Below are positions 24,791-37,556 of a stretch of DNA of 50,856 bases, in pieces. A program made the position numbers and the translations under genes. This DNA comes from Octopus bimaculoides (lineage: Eukaryota), in NCBI RefSeq assembly GCF_001194135.2, contig NC_069005.1, forward strand, positions 29,402,683 to 29,453,538. Direction: 5' to 3'. Numbering within the stretch: the stretch's first letter is position 1; every line of letters begins with the position of its first letter. The notes beneath the pieces were generated by a model. It worked only from the letters and a program-made list of their open reading frames with translations. It had not been told where the DNA came from and searched no databases.

Positions 24791-26168
24791 CTGCAAAGAC
24801 AAGTTGAAATACAGAACAAAAATATTAATTAGATGCCAAAATATTAATTAGTTGAATGAAATATAGTTATGCATTATCAGTGGAGGCGCAATGGCCCAGT
24901 GGTTAGGGCAGCGAACTCGCGGTCATAGGATCGTGGTTTCGATTCCCAGACCGGGCGTTGTGAGNNNNNNNNNNTCATAGGATCGTGGTTTCGATTCCCA
25001 GACCGGGCGTTGTGAGTGTTTATTGAGCGAAACACCTAAAGCTCCACGAGGCTCCGGCAGGGAGTGGAGGTGGCGAACCCTGCTGTACTCTTTCACCAAA
25101 ACTTTCTCTCACTCTTACTTCTTGTTTCTGTTGAACCTGTATTTGAAAGGGCCAGTCTTGTCACACTGTGTCACGCTGAATATCCCCTGTAATTCAAAGG
25201 GCCACGAGGGCCAGTCAGGCGGTACTGGCAATGGCCACGCTCAAATGGTGTTTTTTAAGTGCCACCTGCACTGGCAGTCTGCTACAAACAAATTCTATTT
25301 TCTCTGTTAACCAGCTCACCGCCCTAGGATTACATAACAACTACAAAACAAAGCAAGGCAGAAACAATAACAATGGAGATTAAATAGTAAAATTCAGCTT
25401 ACAACAGCTCTGATGGCAGCACTAATGGTAGATATATAGCATTTCGATGTCAACACTGTAGAGAGAGGAATGTCCAGGAATGACACATACTTTCGAAGAA
25501 TATTTGTAGTTTCTAGGCTGTAAAAATTAATACCTGTAAAAGAAAGGAAAGATTTAAAACAATAGTTTACAATGAGTTCACAGGATAATATGCATTAACT
25601 ATTTACAACATCTCCCTTACAGTAGCACATCTGTTTCTGTCCTCACTTTTGATCACTCTCTCTCTGTCTCAGGCTGGGTAACAGCAAGTCACCTATTTTT
25701 GTCTCTCTGTCTCCCCATCACATTTGAACCTCTCATCATCTGACACAAGATCACCACTTCCAATGCCCCCTCCCCTCTCAAAGGATCTTTTGTCTTGCAA
25801 GTTACTTGATGACCCTGCCAGTGTTGGTGCCACGCAAAAAGCACCCAGTCCACACTGTGAAGTGGGTTATGTTAACACCGTCATTTACAAGAATGTGATG
25901 TTTAGCAATGGTCAAAGAAACGGTAACATACCAGTCGGAGCTCTTCCATCTTGAAGCAGTTTCCTGAAAAATAGCACGGATAATGAAATCGTTATTCTTC
26001 ATCATCATCAGCATGAGCAGTAGTAGTAGTAGTAGTAGCAGCATACAACACTTATAATGACAATACTTATTCTATTGGTCTCTTTTGCTAAACTGCTAAG
26101 TTACAGGGACGTAAACTCACCAACATTGGTTGTCAAGTGATGTTGGGGGAACAAACACAGACACACAA

Positions 26169-26221
<53 letters not shown>

Positions 26222-26465
26222 NNNNNNNNNNNNNNNNNNNNNNNNNNNNNNNNNNNNNNNNNNNNNNNNNNNNNNNNNNNNNNNNNNNNNNNNNNNNNNN
26301 NNNNNNNNNNNNNNNNNNNNNNNNNNNNNNNNNNNNNNNNNNNNNNNNNNNNNNNNNNNNNNTATATACACGCACATACACATATACACTTTTCTACTCT
26401 AGGCACAAGGCCTGAAATTTTGGGGGATCAACTAGAACACTCATCAAAACTGACAGAGTGCCAGT

Positions 26466-26502
<37 letters not shown>

Positions 26503-27287
26503 GGGCTTCTTTCAGTTTTGGTCAGCCATATCTACAGACAAGGCTTTGTCAATGTATGTATAAGAAAAATCATATTTACGAACAGAAAAGTACAATTGGC
26601 TGAACTTTGGATCAGGAGGCTCACATAACTTGAATTTTCTCCATTTTGACAGGATTTTTCCAATTTCTTGGAAATGATACATGGGGAGGCATCTTTTCAT
26701 GAAAAAATGTTTTGGAAAATTTATGATTTTTTTTTTCTCCCTACTCCTCCAGACCGATTTTGGCCAAACTTTTGGCATTACATATTTAAAAGCCATGGGA
26801 GAAGCCTTTTCAATTAAAAAAAAAAAAGGAAAAAAATTGTAAATATTTTCAGGCAAAAAGGTGTGATTTAAGGGATATTTTGGCTGTTTCCAGCACCTTC
26901 CTTGTTTCTTAGTCACTCTCATATGTATTGATGTTGTTCAATATTTTTCTCTCTGTAAACACATTTATGTGAGTAATGGTAATTAAAGGGTGACTCCACA
27001 CTCCTACAACTACAGAACACACGAACCGGGGCCTCACCACGGAATGCAGTTTAATGTCACACCCAGGACATGCTTCTGTGTCACACACATACATGCAAAC
27101 ATATACACATACACACACTTATACATTGATACTCACCTACAGCCGTAGTATATTGAACAGTGGTTGTTGTGTCCACTGATGCCATACTGATCAAAGGTCA
27201 AGACCTGAGAAATAGAGAGATATAGATAGATAACTGTGCAGGTAAATAGAAAGATACATAGATATACAGACAAAAAGATAGTTATGC

Positions 27288-27328
<41 letters not shown>

Positions 27329-27532
27329 GTTGTCTCACATGAAATGTATTTTAAATGGATTTCTTATGAGTCATCTATAAATGGATTTATAGTCGAACGA
27401 ATCGACCCCCAGGGCTTATTCTTTGTAAGCCTAGTACTTGTCCTAGCGGTCTCTTTTGCAGAACCACTAAGTCATGGGGACGTAAACACACCAACATCGG
27501 TTGTCAAATGATGGTGGCAAGAACAAACACAG

Positions 27533-27599
<67 letters not shown>

Positions 27600-28287
27600 C
27601 ACACACACACACATATATATATATATACACATACACACACACATGAAAGCAAAAGAAAATAAAGAAAGCTTCTAACGATGTAGAAAGTTTTACCAAAACA
27701 AAAAAGCCCTTTATATTTCGGGTGCAAAAGCTCATCTTCAAAGGGACAAAATCCAATATAGGCCTTTTGTAAAACTTTCTGCATTATTAGGAGCTCTCTT
27801 TATATCTCATTTCTTTCATTTTCTACCTCAGTACTACAATATCGATTTAATGGAAGGAGTGGCAACAGAAAGAGCATCCAACCGTAGAAAAATATCCACT
27901 GCAACAAATCCTGTCCAATCTGTGCAAGCGTAGAAAAGTGGACATTCGAACAATGATGACGGTGATGAAGAAGAAGATGATGAATTTGCATAAATGTGTA
28001 AACTTACCACATCAGGTTTTATTATGAGCAAATGTTTGAGAATGATCCGTGCAACAAGCTCTTCATTCCAGATCCGAGAAGGATCATCTGGAAAACAACT
28101 GGAAATATTCCTTAGAATTAGAATTGCCAAAAAACATAAAAACAAAAGAAAAGAAAAAGTAAGAAAATTAAATAAATAAAAACAAATAAACGACCACATG
28201 ATTTCATATTCAATCCTACTGTACTGTGTAGCATGTCTTCTAATTATAGTCTTAGAGTGATGAGTAACTTGTGAGTGAAATTGCCTG

Positions 28288-28321
<34 letters not shown>

Positions 28322-31300
28322 NNNNNNNNNNNNNNNNNNNNNNNNNNNNNNNNNNNNNNNNNNNNNNNNNNNNNNNNNNNNNNNNNNNNNNNNNNNNNNN
28401 NNNNNNNNNNNNNNNNNNNNNNNNNNNNNNNNNNNNNNNNNNNNNNNNNNNNNNNNNNNNNNNNNNNNNNNNNNNNNNNNNNNNNNNNNNNNNNNNNNNN
28501 NNNNNNNNNNNNNNNNNNNNNNNNNNNNNNNNNNNNNNNNNNNNNNNNNNNNNNNNNNNNNNNNNNNNNNNNNNNNNNNNNNNNNNNNNNNNNNNNNNNN
28601 NNNNNNNNNNNNNNNNNNNNNNNNNNNNNNNNNNNNNNNNNNNNNNNNNNNNNNNNNNNNNNNNNNNNNNNNNNNNNNNNNNNNNNNNNNNNNNNNNNNN
28701 NNNNNNNNNNNNNNNNNNNNNGTATATATATAGTGGCGTACGTACACTTTGGTCTCTTATATGTAAGCACACACAAACATTCTTCGTCCCGTTTCCTTCC
28801 AGTTCGTTGCTTCACAGCGTTTAGTATACACATAATTTTTCACGTCTGGCCGTATAGCCTTTTCCGTTTGTTTTCCTGTCTTGTTGATATGTTATGGGAA
28901 ATTTGCTGATTTAGGTTTGAATCTACTCTATACCTACATGAAGTCACTACATACACACACACACATATATATATATATAGTCCAAATTTACAGAAAACAA
29001 GAGACAAAGACAAGTGTAGGAACAACAAGCAGGTGTATTAGTTTAATGCTCAGGAAAAATGGAAAAGTTTTTTATGTTTTGAGCCTATGCTCTTTGACAG
29101 AATGGATTAAGAGGTAAAAAATGGAGAGAGAAAAAAAAAAGTGTGGAGATTGATGGTTCAACATGAGTCAGTGACATGGCTGATGACAGTACCACCTTTT
29201 AACGTTCCACAGTACCGCCAGTGGAACGTTAAAAGCACATCCGAGCGTGATCGTTGCCAGAGCCATGGATTGGCTCCCATGCCAGTGGCACATGAAAAGC
29301 ACCAAATTTTCAGGAATTTTTTTGTGAATTTGTGTTCTATACATGGGAATTCAAATGATTATGAAAAAAATTAATTTTTCTAATACTTTAATCCCCGCTC
29401 CATCATCCTTAAAATTTCCACTCTTTTCCGAATTTTTTTAGAAATCAGAGTTGGACAGTCTGAATTTTTTGCTTAAATCCCAGCAATGGACCCCAATTAG
29501 GTGCATCATCATTCTATTAAATGTGTTTATGGGGATAAAAATATTGAAAAATATCAATATATGTCAGAGTGTCAAAGAACTGAGGAGGTCATCAGATGAT
29601 CGTGAGATGTGCTAAAAACAATAGCTAAATCGTCCTTAAATCACACACAGAAAATTATTTTAACAAATATTTTTCTAAAAATCACCCAAAATAAAGAAAG
29701 TTATAAAGGGTTATCTGGGGTGCTTAATCCAGGATTAGAAACAATTGTGGGAGAATACTTACCTGTCACCAACTATCTGTACATTATTTTCTTGTATTCC
29801 TAGAATTCTGCAGCTGTCATAAAGTTCCTTCTTTCTTGTATCTGCCAACTCCATGTAATTACCTGGGGNNNNNNNNNNNNNNNNNNNNNNNNNNNNNNNN
29901 NNNNNNNNNNNNNNNNNNNNNNNNNNNNNGGGGGGGGGGGGATAAGATTAAAAAATAAGAATTAAATTTTTATAAAGCCTGGTACTTATTCTATCAGATA
30001 CTTTTGCCAAACCGCTAAGTTGCAGGAACATAAACACACCAGCATCAGTTGTCAAGCGGAGGTGGGGAACAAACACAGACACAAACGACGGGTTTCTTTC
30101 AGTTTCCGTCTACCAAGTCCACCCATAAAGCTTTGGTCGGCCATAGGCTGTAGCAGAAGATTGAACCGGGAACCATGTTGTTGTGAAGTAAATGTCTTAC
30201 CACACAACCACGCCTGCGTCTATGAACATATTTATTTTTACATATATACATACATATATATACACACACACATATACTTTTAGTATAATTCAGGCGAAAA
30301 CCTCGTAGAGTGTATTTAAGAGATCATACGTCGTTATTTGGCTCCCAAATGTTATCCTACAGTAGGATATATTCCAGGGTTCGATATACATGCGGAATCC
30401 CTCTGTGCCAAAGATCAATACAAGGATAACATAACTCGAGGGTGGAGGATATCAGGCTTTTAATAGGAGATCACAAACATTAGTTTCTGCACCGCACAAC
30501 TTTCAGGTGCTGAGTTTATATTCACATACCATTATAGAAGATAGTTCTTTCTAATTATTACAATATACTTGAATATTGGTAATTTTTCAGATTAACACCC
30601 GCACGATCTTCACTAGGGGGTTAGGGTTTTAGGGTTACGGTTACGGTTAGGGACGGAATTCCCTAGTCGTAACCGTAACTCTAAACCCCTAACACCCTAG
30701 TGGAGTTCGTGCGGGTGTTAATCTGAAAATTTACCTGAATATTTTTCAGCAACAGCCGTGTGCAGGCGCTTCAACAGAAATTCGCCTCTATATTTGTATG
30801 GAGTCTTGTAGTTCATCGCGTCTGGTAAATCAACACACACACACACATATATATAAAGAACGGCATGATCAAACCTTTGATCATAAGGCTGCTCGACTAA
30901 GCCTAACTTGGGGTTAAAGGTGATTGAAAAATCTTCTGAGAAAGAAAACCCGCATCAAAGAAATGTAAAAAAATGAATTGAAGTAAAAAGAAAATTTCAA
31001 TATTTTTAACGTTTTGAAAATTATTAAGTGTTATATAACAAATATAATTATTAAACATTAATACTGTTTTTAATTGTTAATCTTATTTTATTTATTTAAA
31101 AAATGAACGAAACAAGTTTGATGAGCTCATCGCAAAACAATACGATCCTGATTGTAAGAATTAGAGAAGAGGACAACAAAATAAATTTCGAGTTTTCGTG
31201 TTTCCTTGGTTTTTATTTATTTATTTATTTATTTATTATTGTTTTTTTTTTTTTTTTACATTAGAATAAAAATATGGCAAAATTTGCACAAATTGTAAAC

Positions 31301-31927
31301 TTAAGATGCAAAAAACACAGTTATTTCCTACAATACGTTCGGCGATGAAAAACTAGAAGAAATAAATTGAATTCGAGATAAAGGTAAATTTATTACATAA
31401 ACACTATCATAGACTATGTAGTTATGTGTGTGTATGTATGTATGTAAGAATGATTGTATGTATGTATGTGTGTGTGTATGTAAGNNNNNNNNNNACTATC
31501 ATAGACTATGTAGTTATGTGTGTGTATGTATGTATGTAAGAATGATTGTATGTATGTATGTGTGTGTGTATGTAAGTATGTATGTATGAATGTGTGTATG
31601 TATGTATGTATGTAAGAATGATTGTATGTGTGTATGTAAGTATGAATGTGTGTATGTATGTATGTATTAATATGGTATATACTGACCGTCAGAGAAGCAT
31701 AACACCGAAACATGCTTCTGTCTTCGAATGAAATCAAAAATAGAAGGGGAGAAAAACATGCATTCATCGTCCGGATGTGCTGTTACGACTAACAAATGCT
31801 GCCATTTGTCGGCTTCTTTGCGCCAGGCTCCGCTTTTAAAATGCGATAACAATAAATAAAAGAGGAAACTGACGCACACGAACGGGATAAACACCGAGAG
31901 AAAGTGCAGGAAGACACCCCACAACAT
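24668..31927 (-). CDS. PIGL: N-acetylglucosaminyl-phosphatidylinositol de-N-acetylase (GPI anchor biosynthesis step 2), complete, 7 coding exons, 261 aa
   Basis: Exons 31687-31927, 29763-29862, 28008-28098, 27137-27204, 25932-25963, 25403-25533, 24668-24790, totalling 786 nt from ATG to TGA in frame. It has a hydrophobic N-terminal anchor, VTAHPDDECMFFSP, RKKELYDSCRILGI, FPDDP, TFDQYGISGHNNH and AMCAHSSQITWYRIAYLMFSRYMLINTL, all PIG-L hallmarks. Confidence 0.96.
24889..25190 (+). mobile_element. tRNA-Arg-like SINE in PIGL intron 6
   Basis: GGCGCAATGGCCCAGTGGTTAGGGCAGCGAACTCGCGG... It includes a 42-bp duplication across a 10-N gap. Confidence 0.8.
25403..25533 (-). CDS. PIGL: PIGL exon 6 (INFYSLETTNILRKYVSFLDIPLS...AAIRAV)
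   Basis: Acceptor tcttttacag, donor GTT|gtaagc, 131 nt. Confidence 0.92.
25932..25963 (-). CDS. PIGL: PIGL exon 5, 32-nt micro-exon (KLLQDGRAPT)
   Basis: Acceptor tatttttcag, donor G|gtatgt. It is the short exon found that bridges phase 2 to phase 1. Confidence 0.88.
27137..27204 (-). CDS. PIGL: PIGL exon 4 (VLTFDQYGISGHNNHCSIYYGC)
   Basis: Acceptor tatttctcag, donor AG|gtgagt, 68 nt, second metal-binding motif GHxxH. Confidence 0.95.
28008..28098 (-). CDS. PIGL: PIGL exon 3 (CFPDDPSRIWNEELVARIILKHLLIIKPDV)
   Basis: Acceptor atatttccag, donor GTG|gtaagt, 91 nt. Confidence 0.94.
29763..29862 (-). CDS. PIGL: PIGL exon 2 (NYMELADTRKKELYDSCRILGIQENNVQIVGD)
   Basis: Acceptor ccccag (rest of the tract is in the N gap 29869-29929), donor AG|gtaagt, 100 nt. 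Confidence 0.94.
30578..30735. mobile_element. 158-bp palindromic MITE with an 8-bp TSD (TGAATATT) and TTAGGG-like arms
   Basis: Arms GGTAATTTTTCAGATTAACACCCGCACGA and TCGTGCGGGTGTTAATCTGAAAATTTACC (1 mismatch). TGAATATT lies at 30570-30577 and 30736-30743. Confidence 0.85.
31687..31927 (-). CDS. PIGL: PIGL exon 1 (MLWGVFLHF...VTAHPDDECMFFSP...VLCFSD)
   Basis: ATG at 31925-31927, donor G|gtcagt, 241 nt. Confidence 0.95.
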
Positions 31928-33840
31928 GACAAGAAGAAGGAGGTTTGTCTTCCTCTCAANNNNNNNNNNTTAAAACGAATGCGTTGAAATCGTGTTGAAG
32001 CGATTGTCCGGTGACGAATGAAAATGTGTCTCTAATTATTAAAAATAACCGGTTTTTAAAAAAAAAATTTTGTTATCTTGGGATATTTAAATTTATTTTG
32101 CAAGAATTTTTACCTGAAACTGTATGTTGAAACCAGTGTTTCCTATATTTTGGAAAAGCCATAATTCATAAAGCCTATAAAGATGCTGGCAAGTGTGATC
32201 GTAGTCTTTATTGATTATAAGTTTTCCAAATGTAAGATGCTTTTTAACCGAAGCCAGTATTATTGGCATACCCCTCATCGAATTTTTTTCCACATAACTT
32301 TCAGAAAACTTGTTATTCTTTTATTGAAATTTTCAACAAATATTTTTTAGTTAGTGTAAATTACGATTATATTGGAATTTAGAAGGAAAAAGTAAAACGA
32401 GAAAAAAACTGGTCAGTGCATACCCATACATACTGACACACAACAGAAAGTGATCTGGAACTAAGAGAGAAATTTTATCAGAGCACTTCCAACAGTAATA
32501 ATGATGGTGATGCTGATCTACTACAGAAATCATCATCATCGTTTAACGTCCGCTTTCCATGCTAGCATGGGTTGGACGATTTGACTGAGGACTGGTGAAA
32601 CCAGATGGCTACACCAGGCTCCAATCTGATCTGGCAGAGTTTCTACAATTGGATGCCCTTCCTAACGCCAACCACTCAGAGAGTGTAGTGGGTGCTTTTA
32701 CGCTTTTACGTGCCACCAGCACGAAGGCCAGTCAGGTGGTACTGGCAACAGCCACGAATAACAATATTTAAATTCTAACTTAGGTGCATGACTAATTACA
32801 CACACACACACACATTTGAATGTTTATTCTTTTATTCTTTTACTTGTTTCAGTCATTTGACTGCAGCCATGCTGGAGCACCACCCTGAAGGGTCTTAGTC
32901 AAACAAATCAGCCCTCAGGACTTATTCTTTGTAAGCCTAGTACTTATTCTATTGGTCTCTTTTGCTGAAACACACCAACAGCAGTTGTCAAGCAGTGATG
33001 CAGGAGAAACACAGACACAAAGACACACACACACACACATATATATACATACACACACATACATACATACCTAACTACCTACCTGTCTATTGATCCGTCT
33101 ACCTACTTTTATATCCAAAACCCTATTATAGCATATCAAATCTCCTTATACCTTCTTCTACTTTACTGCCTTTTATTGTCTTTCTTTTCTTTTCTATTTT
33201 CTTCTTTTATTGTCTTTTCTTATCTCTCCTACTAATGCCATTCTCTTCTTATCTTACTAGAATCCATGGGTTTCTCTAGGCTGTCCTTTAAAAAAGATTT
33301 CTTTCAGTACATTGCTTTTCCTATTTCTGCTCTTGTTTTGCCATCTTTCTGTTTTGGTTATCAATATGTTCAAGTTTCCTAATGTCATCTTCATCATCAT
33401 CATCACCATCATTCAACGTCTATTTTCTATACTCGTGTGCGTCAGATGGTTGGAATGGAGTTGGTAAACCAGAGAGCTGCACTAGGTTCCAGCCGTCTTT
33501 TTTAGCTTGGTTTCAATGGTTGGATGCCTTTCCTAATGCCAACCACTTTAAAACAAAGTGTACTGGATGTCTTTTACATGCCACTGGTATACTCTTTTAT
33601 TCTTTTACTTGTTTCAGTCATTTGACTGTGGCCATGCTGGAGCACTGCCTTTAGTTGAGCAAATTAATTTTAAGTATAACAAAGAATTTAGTAAAATAAT
33701 TTTGTTGTCATTAAGCTAGTGTTAGGAACATAAATTGTGACTAAGGTTTGATGGAAGATTATAATTTGGAACTTTTGAAAATAGAGCTTTTGTACTACAG
33801 AGCCAGAGGCGGTTTCAGGTGGGTTGGTATCAAAAGGGTT

Positions 33841-33877
<37 letters not shown>

Positions 33878-33950
33878 AAAAAGAGAATAAAAGAAAGGAA
33901 AAAATTGACAGAAATCTTCATAAGACCCATTCACAAAAGTGAATATTCTG

Positions 33951-33956
33951 TTTATT
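33951..33956 (-). terminator. AATAAA polyadenylation hexamer overlapping the CFAP251 stop codon
   Basis: The minus strand reads GAA TAA A, with U-rich sequence further downstream. Use is unproven. Confidence 0.35.
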
Positions 33957-34163
33957 CAGAAAACTCAAGATTTCGTAAGCCAAGAAGTTTTGATGCAAAT
34001 TCAGGTGCTGATATATATTCTGGTAAATTCCTGCAGATCTTCAGGGTGAGTTCTTCCTCGCTGAGTCTGGGAACTGTCACTGTGTCATCGTCATAGTCTG
34101 TTTTGGAAGGCAGGCTTAGACCGGCCAGTATCTCACACAGTTCATCTGACTTCATGTGTTCAC
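33952..34163 (-). CDS. CFAP251: CFAP251 terminal coding exon ([15 protein letters not shown]...[25 protein letters not shown])
   Basis: Acceptor tttatttcag, 212 nt to TAA at 33952-33954, GEHM...LP..I.A..FA...LGL C-terminal signature. Confidence 0.92.
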
Positions 34164-34429
34164 CTGAAATAAACAAGATGCATTGCTAAGGTGCCCGAGA
34201 AAATAGATTAAAGACCTCCCTCTACATACAACAGAATGAAAACTATTTAGGGTAATCCTAATTTAGTACACACCTACACTAACTGGATTGTTAACTATAT
34301 CACTTGCCACTGTTTTTGTAAAAGGTAAAGTTAGTGAAAGTTTTATAGCGACTAATTATCTAAAACGCACATATCAAGATGGGACAAACAAACAGAGAGA
34401 GAAGGCGACAAAGTGCCAAATATAAATGA

Positions 34430-34466
<37 letters not shown>

Positions 34467-37400
34467 AACATAAATTGTGACTAAGGTTTGGTGGAAGATT
34501 TTAATTCAAAACTTATGAAAACAAGACATTTGTACTACAGAGCCAGAGGCAGTTTCAGTCGGGTTGGTATCAAAAGGGTTAATTCAAGACAATGGGAATG
34601 AACGCGCATTTCCTTTAACAGAGTAATATGAACATGAAGGGTTTAACTGGCTATAACTGGCTTCTCATACCTACCTGCAATGCCATTCTAAAAATAAAAC
34701 AGTCACATCATCAAAATCTCAAAGCTACAAGATGATGCAGGATTAATTGAAAGCAATGTAAAGAAATACATTTGACACAGAAATCTGTATGCTAAAGGGT
34801 TCAAGTATCACTGTTTACCTTCAGTCTGTAAGATGTCTATCAATTCCTCAGTCAATAAACAAGGTGTACCTCCATCGTCATCACATGTGGCAAGAATATC
34901 AAAGGCCCACTTCAACTGTTCAGTAGAGGGTGGCACCAGCGGCCGGTGGTTAATTAACACTGACATATAAAACAACACAAGATATTAATGAACATGTGAA
35001 ACAACTAGATGACCAATAAACAAATAAATAAAATATTATATAAATAGGTGCAGGTGTGGCTATGTTATAAGATGTTTGCTTCCCGACCACTTGGTTCTAG
35101 GTTCAGTCCTACTTTGTGGAACCTTGGGCAAGTGTCTCCTGCTATAACCTCAGGCTAACCAAAGCCTTGTGAGCGAATATGGTAGATGGAAACTTCAAGA
35201 AAAGTAAGTGCATGCCCTCTGTAGGGCTTGTGAAAAGGGCTCTGTCTTCTTGGAACTGAAACTCCAAATGAGGCTCCATCTCTTTGAACCATGCAAACAT
35301 GGAAAAATGGAGATTGAAATGATGATAAAAACATCAAAGTTCCTCCTACAACTAGTGAAGAGGAGTTTAAGGGCTAAGCTATGAATGCCCCTTTTTTTGG
35401 GGGGGGGGGTCAAACAAACCAAAGATGACTTTCAATAAGTTGAGAATTTATAGGAGTGAAACCATGAAAGTAGTTACCTTTTTTTTTTATATCAATCCAC
35501 TTTGGTCCTATTATGCAAACATTCTGTTCTAAAATGATATGTAAATTAAAACCTTCCATCAGAGTTATATATTAACTAGTTGTTACCCATCACTATGCTG
35601 CCGGGTGACGACCTAGTCAGGATAAGACAGATCCATCAGTTGAAGCCTACTTCAGTGATCACATTGGTATGCTCAACGACAACTCATTTTCACTTCCTTA
35701 AAACAAATTTTAGAGGGTTGCTTGCATATAGTTGAGGGTTGGTGACAGGAAGAGCGTCTGTCCATAGAAAATTTGCCTCACCTAATATGCAAGCAAAGTA
35801 ATATTTCCCCATGGCTGGACATGTTTTCATGGGACATTGGAAATGAAGGACACTGCTTGCATGACGATGACACATTTACAACTATCACATGAAGTCAAGG
35901 CAGGGAGACAGTAACACATTTGCAAGCATACACACACACACAATAACACACACACACACACACACACAATAACACACACACACACACACACACAATAACA
36001 CACATACATATATCCACAATAGGTATCTTTCAGTTACCGTATACCGAATCCAGTCACAGGGCTATAGTAAAAAGAACCTGTCCAAGGTACCATGTAGTGC
36101 AATTGAACCTGAAACCATGTGGTTAGGAAGCAAATTTCTTAACCACACAGCCATGCCTAAATTTTTGGTTTTCTTGGAAGGTTGAAAAGAAAGAAGTCAT
36201 TATTATGAAACCATTGACTTCAAAGGCTGAAAGGAAATATATTAAAACAATAAATAAAAATACAGCACCATTATGGTCAAAAGTGGATATCTGTTGGAAC
36301 TTACATTTTAGAAAATCACCAATATTTATGCTTTCTTTAAACGTTTCAGTTTCCACGTAATCAGTAAATTTTACCTCGTTGTCTATGTTTGCCAACTGAA
36401 GACAGTGAAAAGAAAAAAGAAACCAAAATTTCATGAAATTTTTATTTATTTATTTATTTACTTAAAGTAAAGATTCTCAACCCTTTTTTTTTTATCTATG
36501 GATCTCCTTTGATTGCTATTTTATCCTGGTGGACACCCGTAGCCATTCGATGTTTAAAAACTAGTTTTTTAGAATGTTATTACCTCCGCCTTAGCGAAGG
36601 CAGAGATATTGTTTTCAGTCATGTCTGTCTGTTTGTCAACCACTCCAAGAGTGTAGTGGGTGCTTTTTATGTGCCACCGGCACGGGAGTCAGTCATGGAG
36701 CACTAGCATCGACCATGTTAGGATGGTGCTTTTTATGTGCCACCGGCACGGGAGCCAGTCATGGGGCACTAGCATCGACCATGTTAGGATGGTGCTTTTT
36801 ATGTGCCACCGGCACGGGAGCCAGTCATGGGGCACTAGCANNNNNNNNNNNNNNNNNNNNNNNNNNNNNNNNNNNNNNNNNNNNNNNNNNNNNNNNNNNN
36901 NNNNNNNNNNNNNNNNNNNNNNNNNNNNNNNNNNNNNNNNNNNNNNNNNNNNNNNNNNNNNNNNNNNNNNNNNNCAGTCATGGAGCACTAGCATCGACCA
37001 TGTTAGGATGGTGCTTTTTATGTGCCACCGGCACGGGAGCCAGTCATGGGGCACTAGCATCGACCATGTTAGGATGGTGCTTTTTATGTGCCACTGGCAC
37101 AGGAGCCAATCAGACGGACCTGGCATTGACTACGTTCGGATCGTGCTTTTTATACATACATATTTATACACACACACACACACATATATATATGTATATA
37201 CACACACACATATATACACATATGCATATAAAACCACACACACACACACATTATAGGATGGCCATTGACTCTCCTTTGGACAATGAAGAGAGTAACAGTC
37301 ATCCCAGTAGTTGTAAGGCCAGTCGGAGCACTGACAGCCAAGTTGGAGAAATATGTCGGAAAAACTGGAATTGGTAGAAGTGCAGATCATAACCCCCACC

Positions 37401-37500
37401 CCCAGAAACTGGAAAGAGATCCTGTGAGACCTTTGAGAACAAGATGCTGTCCATTTTCACAGTATTAACCAGAACAAGTAAGAGAGCTCTGAGAAGTAAA

Positions 37501-37556
<56 letters not shown>

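Noticed and set aside
24889-24960. Functional tRNA genes here or at 16476, 39970-40037 and 45560
   Set aside because: Broken stems or non-canonical positions, and contiguity with repeat bodies, point to SINE heads or pseudogenes.
24923-25016. 42-bp direct repeat around a 10-N gap
   Set aside because: Identical sequence on both sides of a minimal gap indicates an unmerged contig overlap. The same applies to 31403-31576.
36655-37145. CRISPR-like or repeat-protein interpretation of the 66-bp array (198-220 aa ORFs)
   Set aside because: Eukaryotic intron, no unique spacers, no cas genes. The unit derives from a SINE and is open in several frames.
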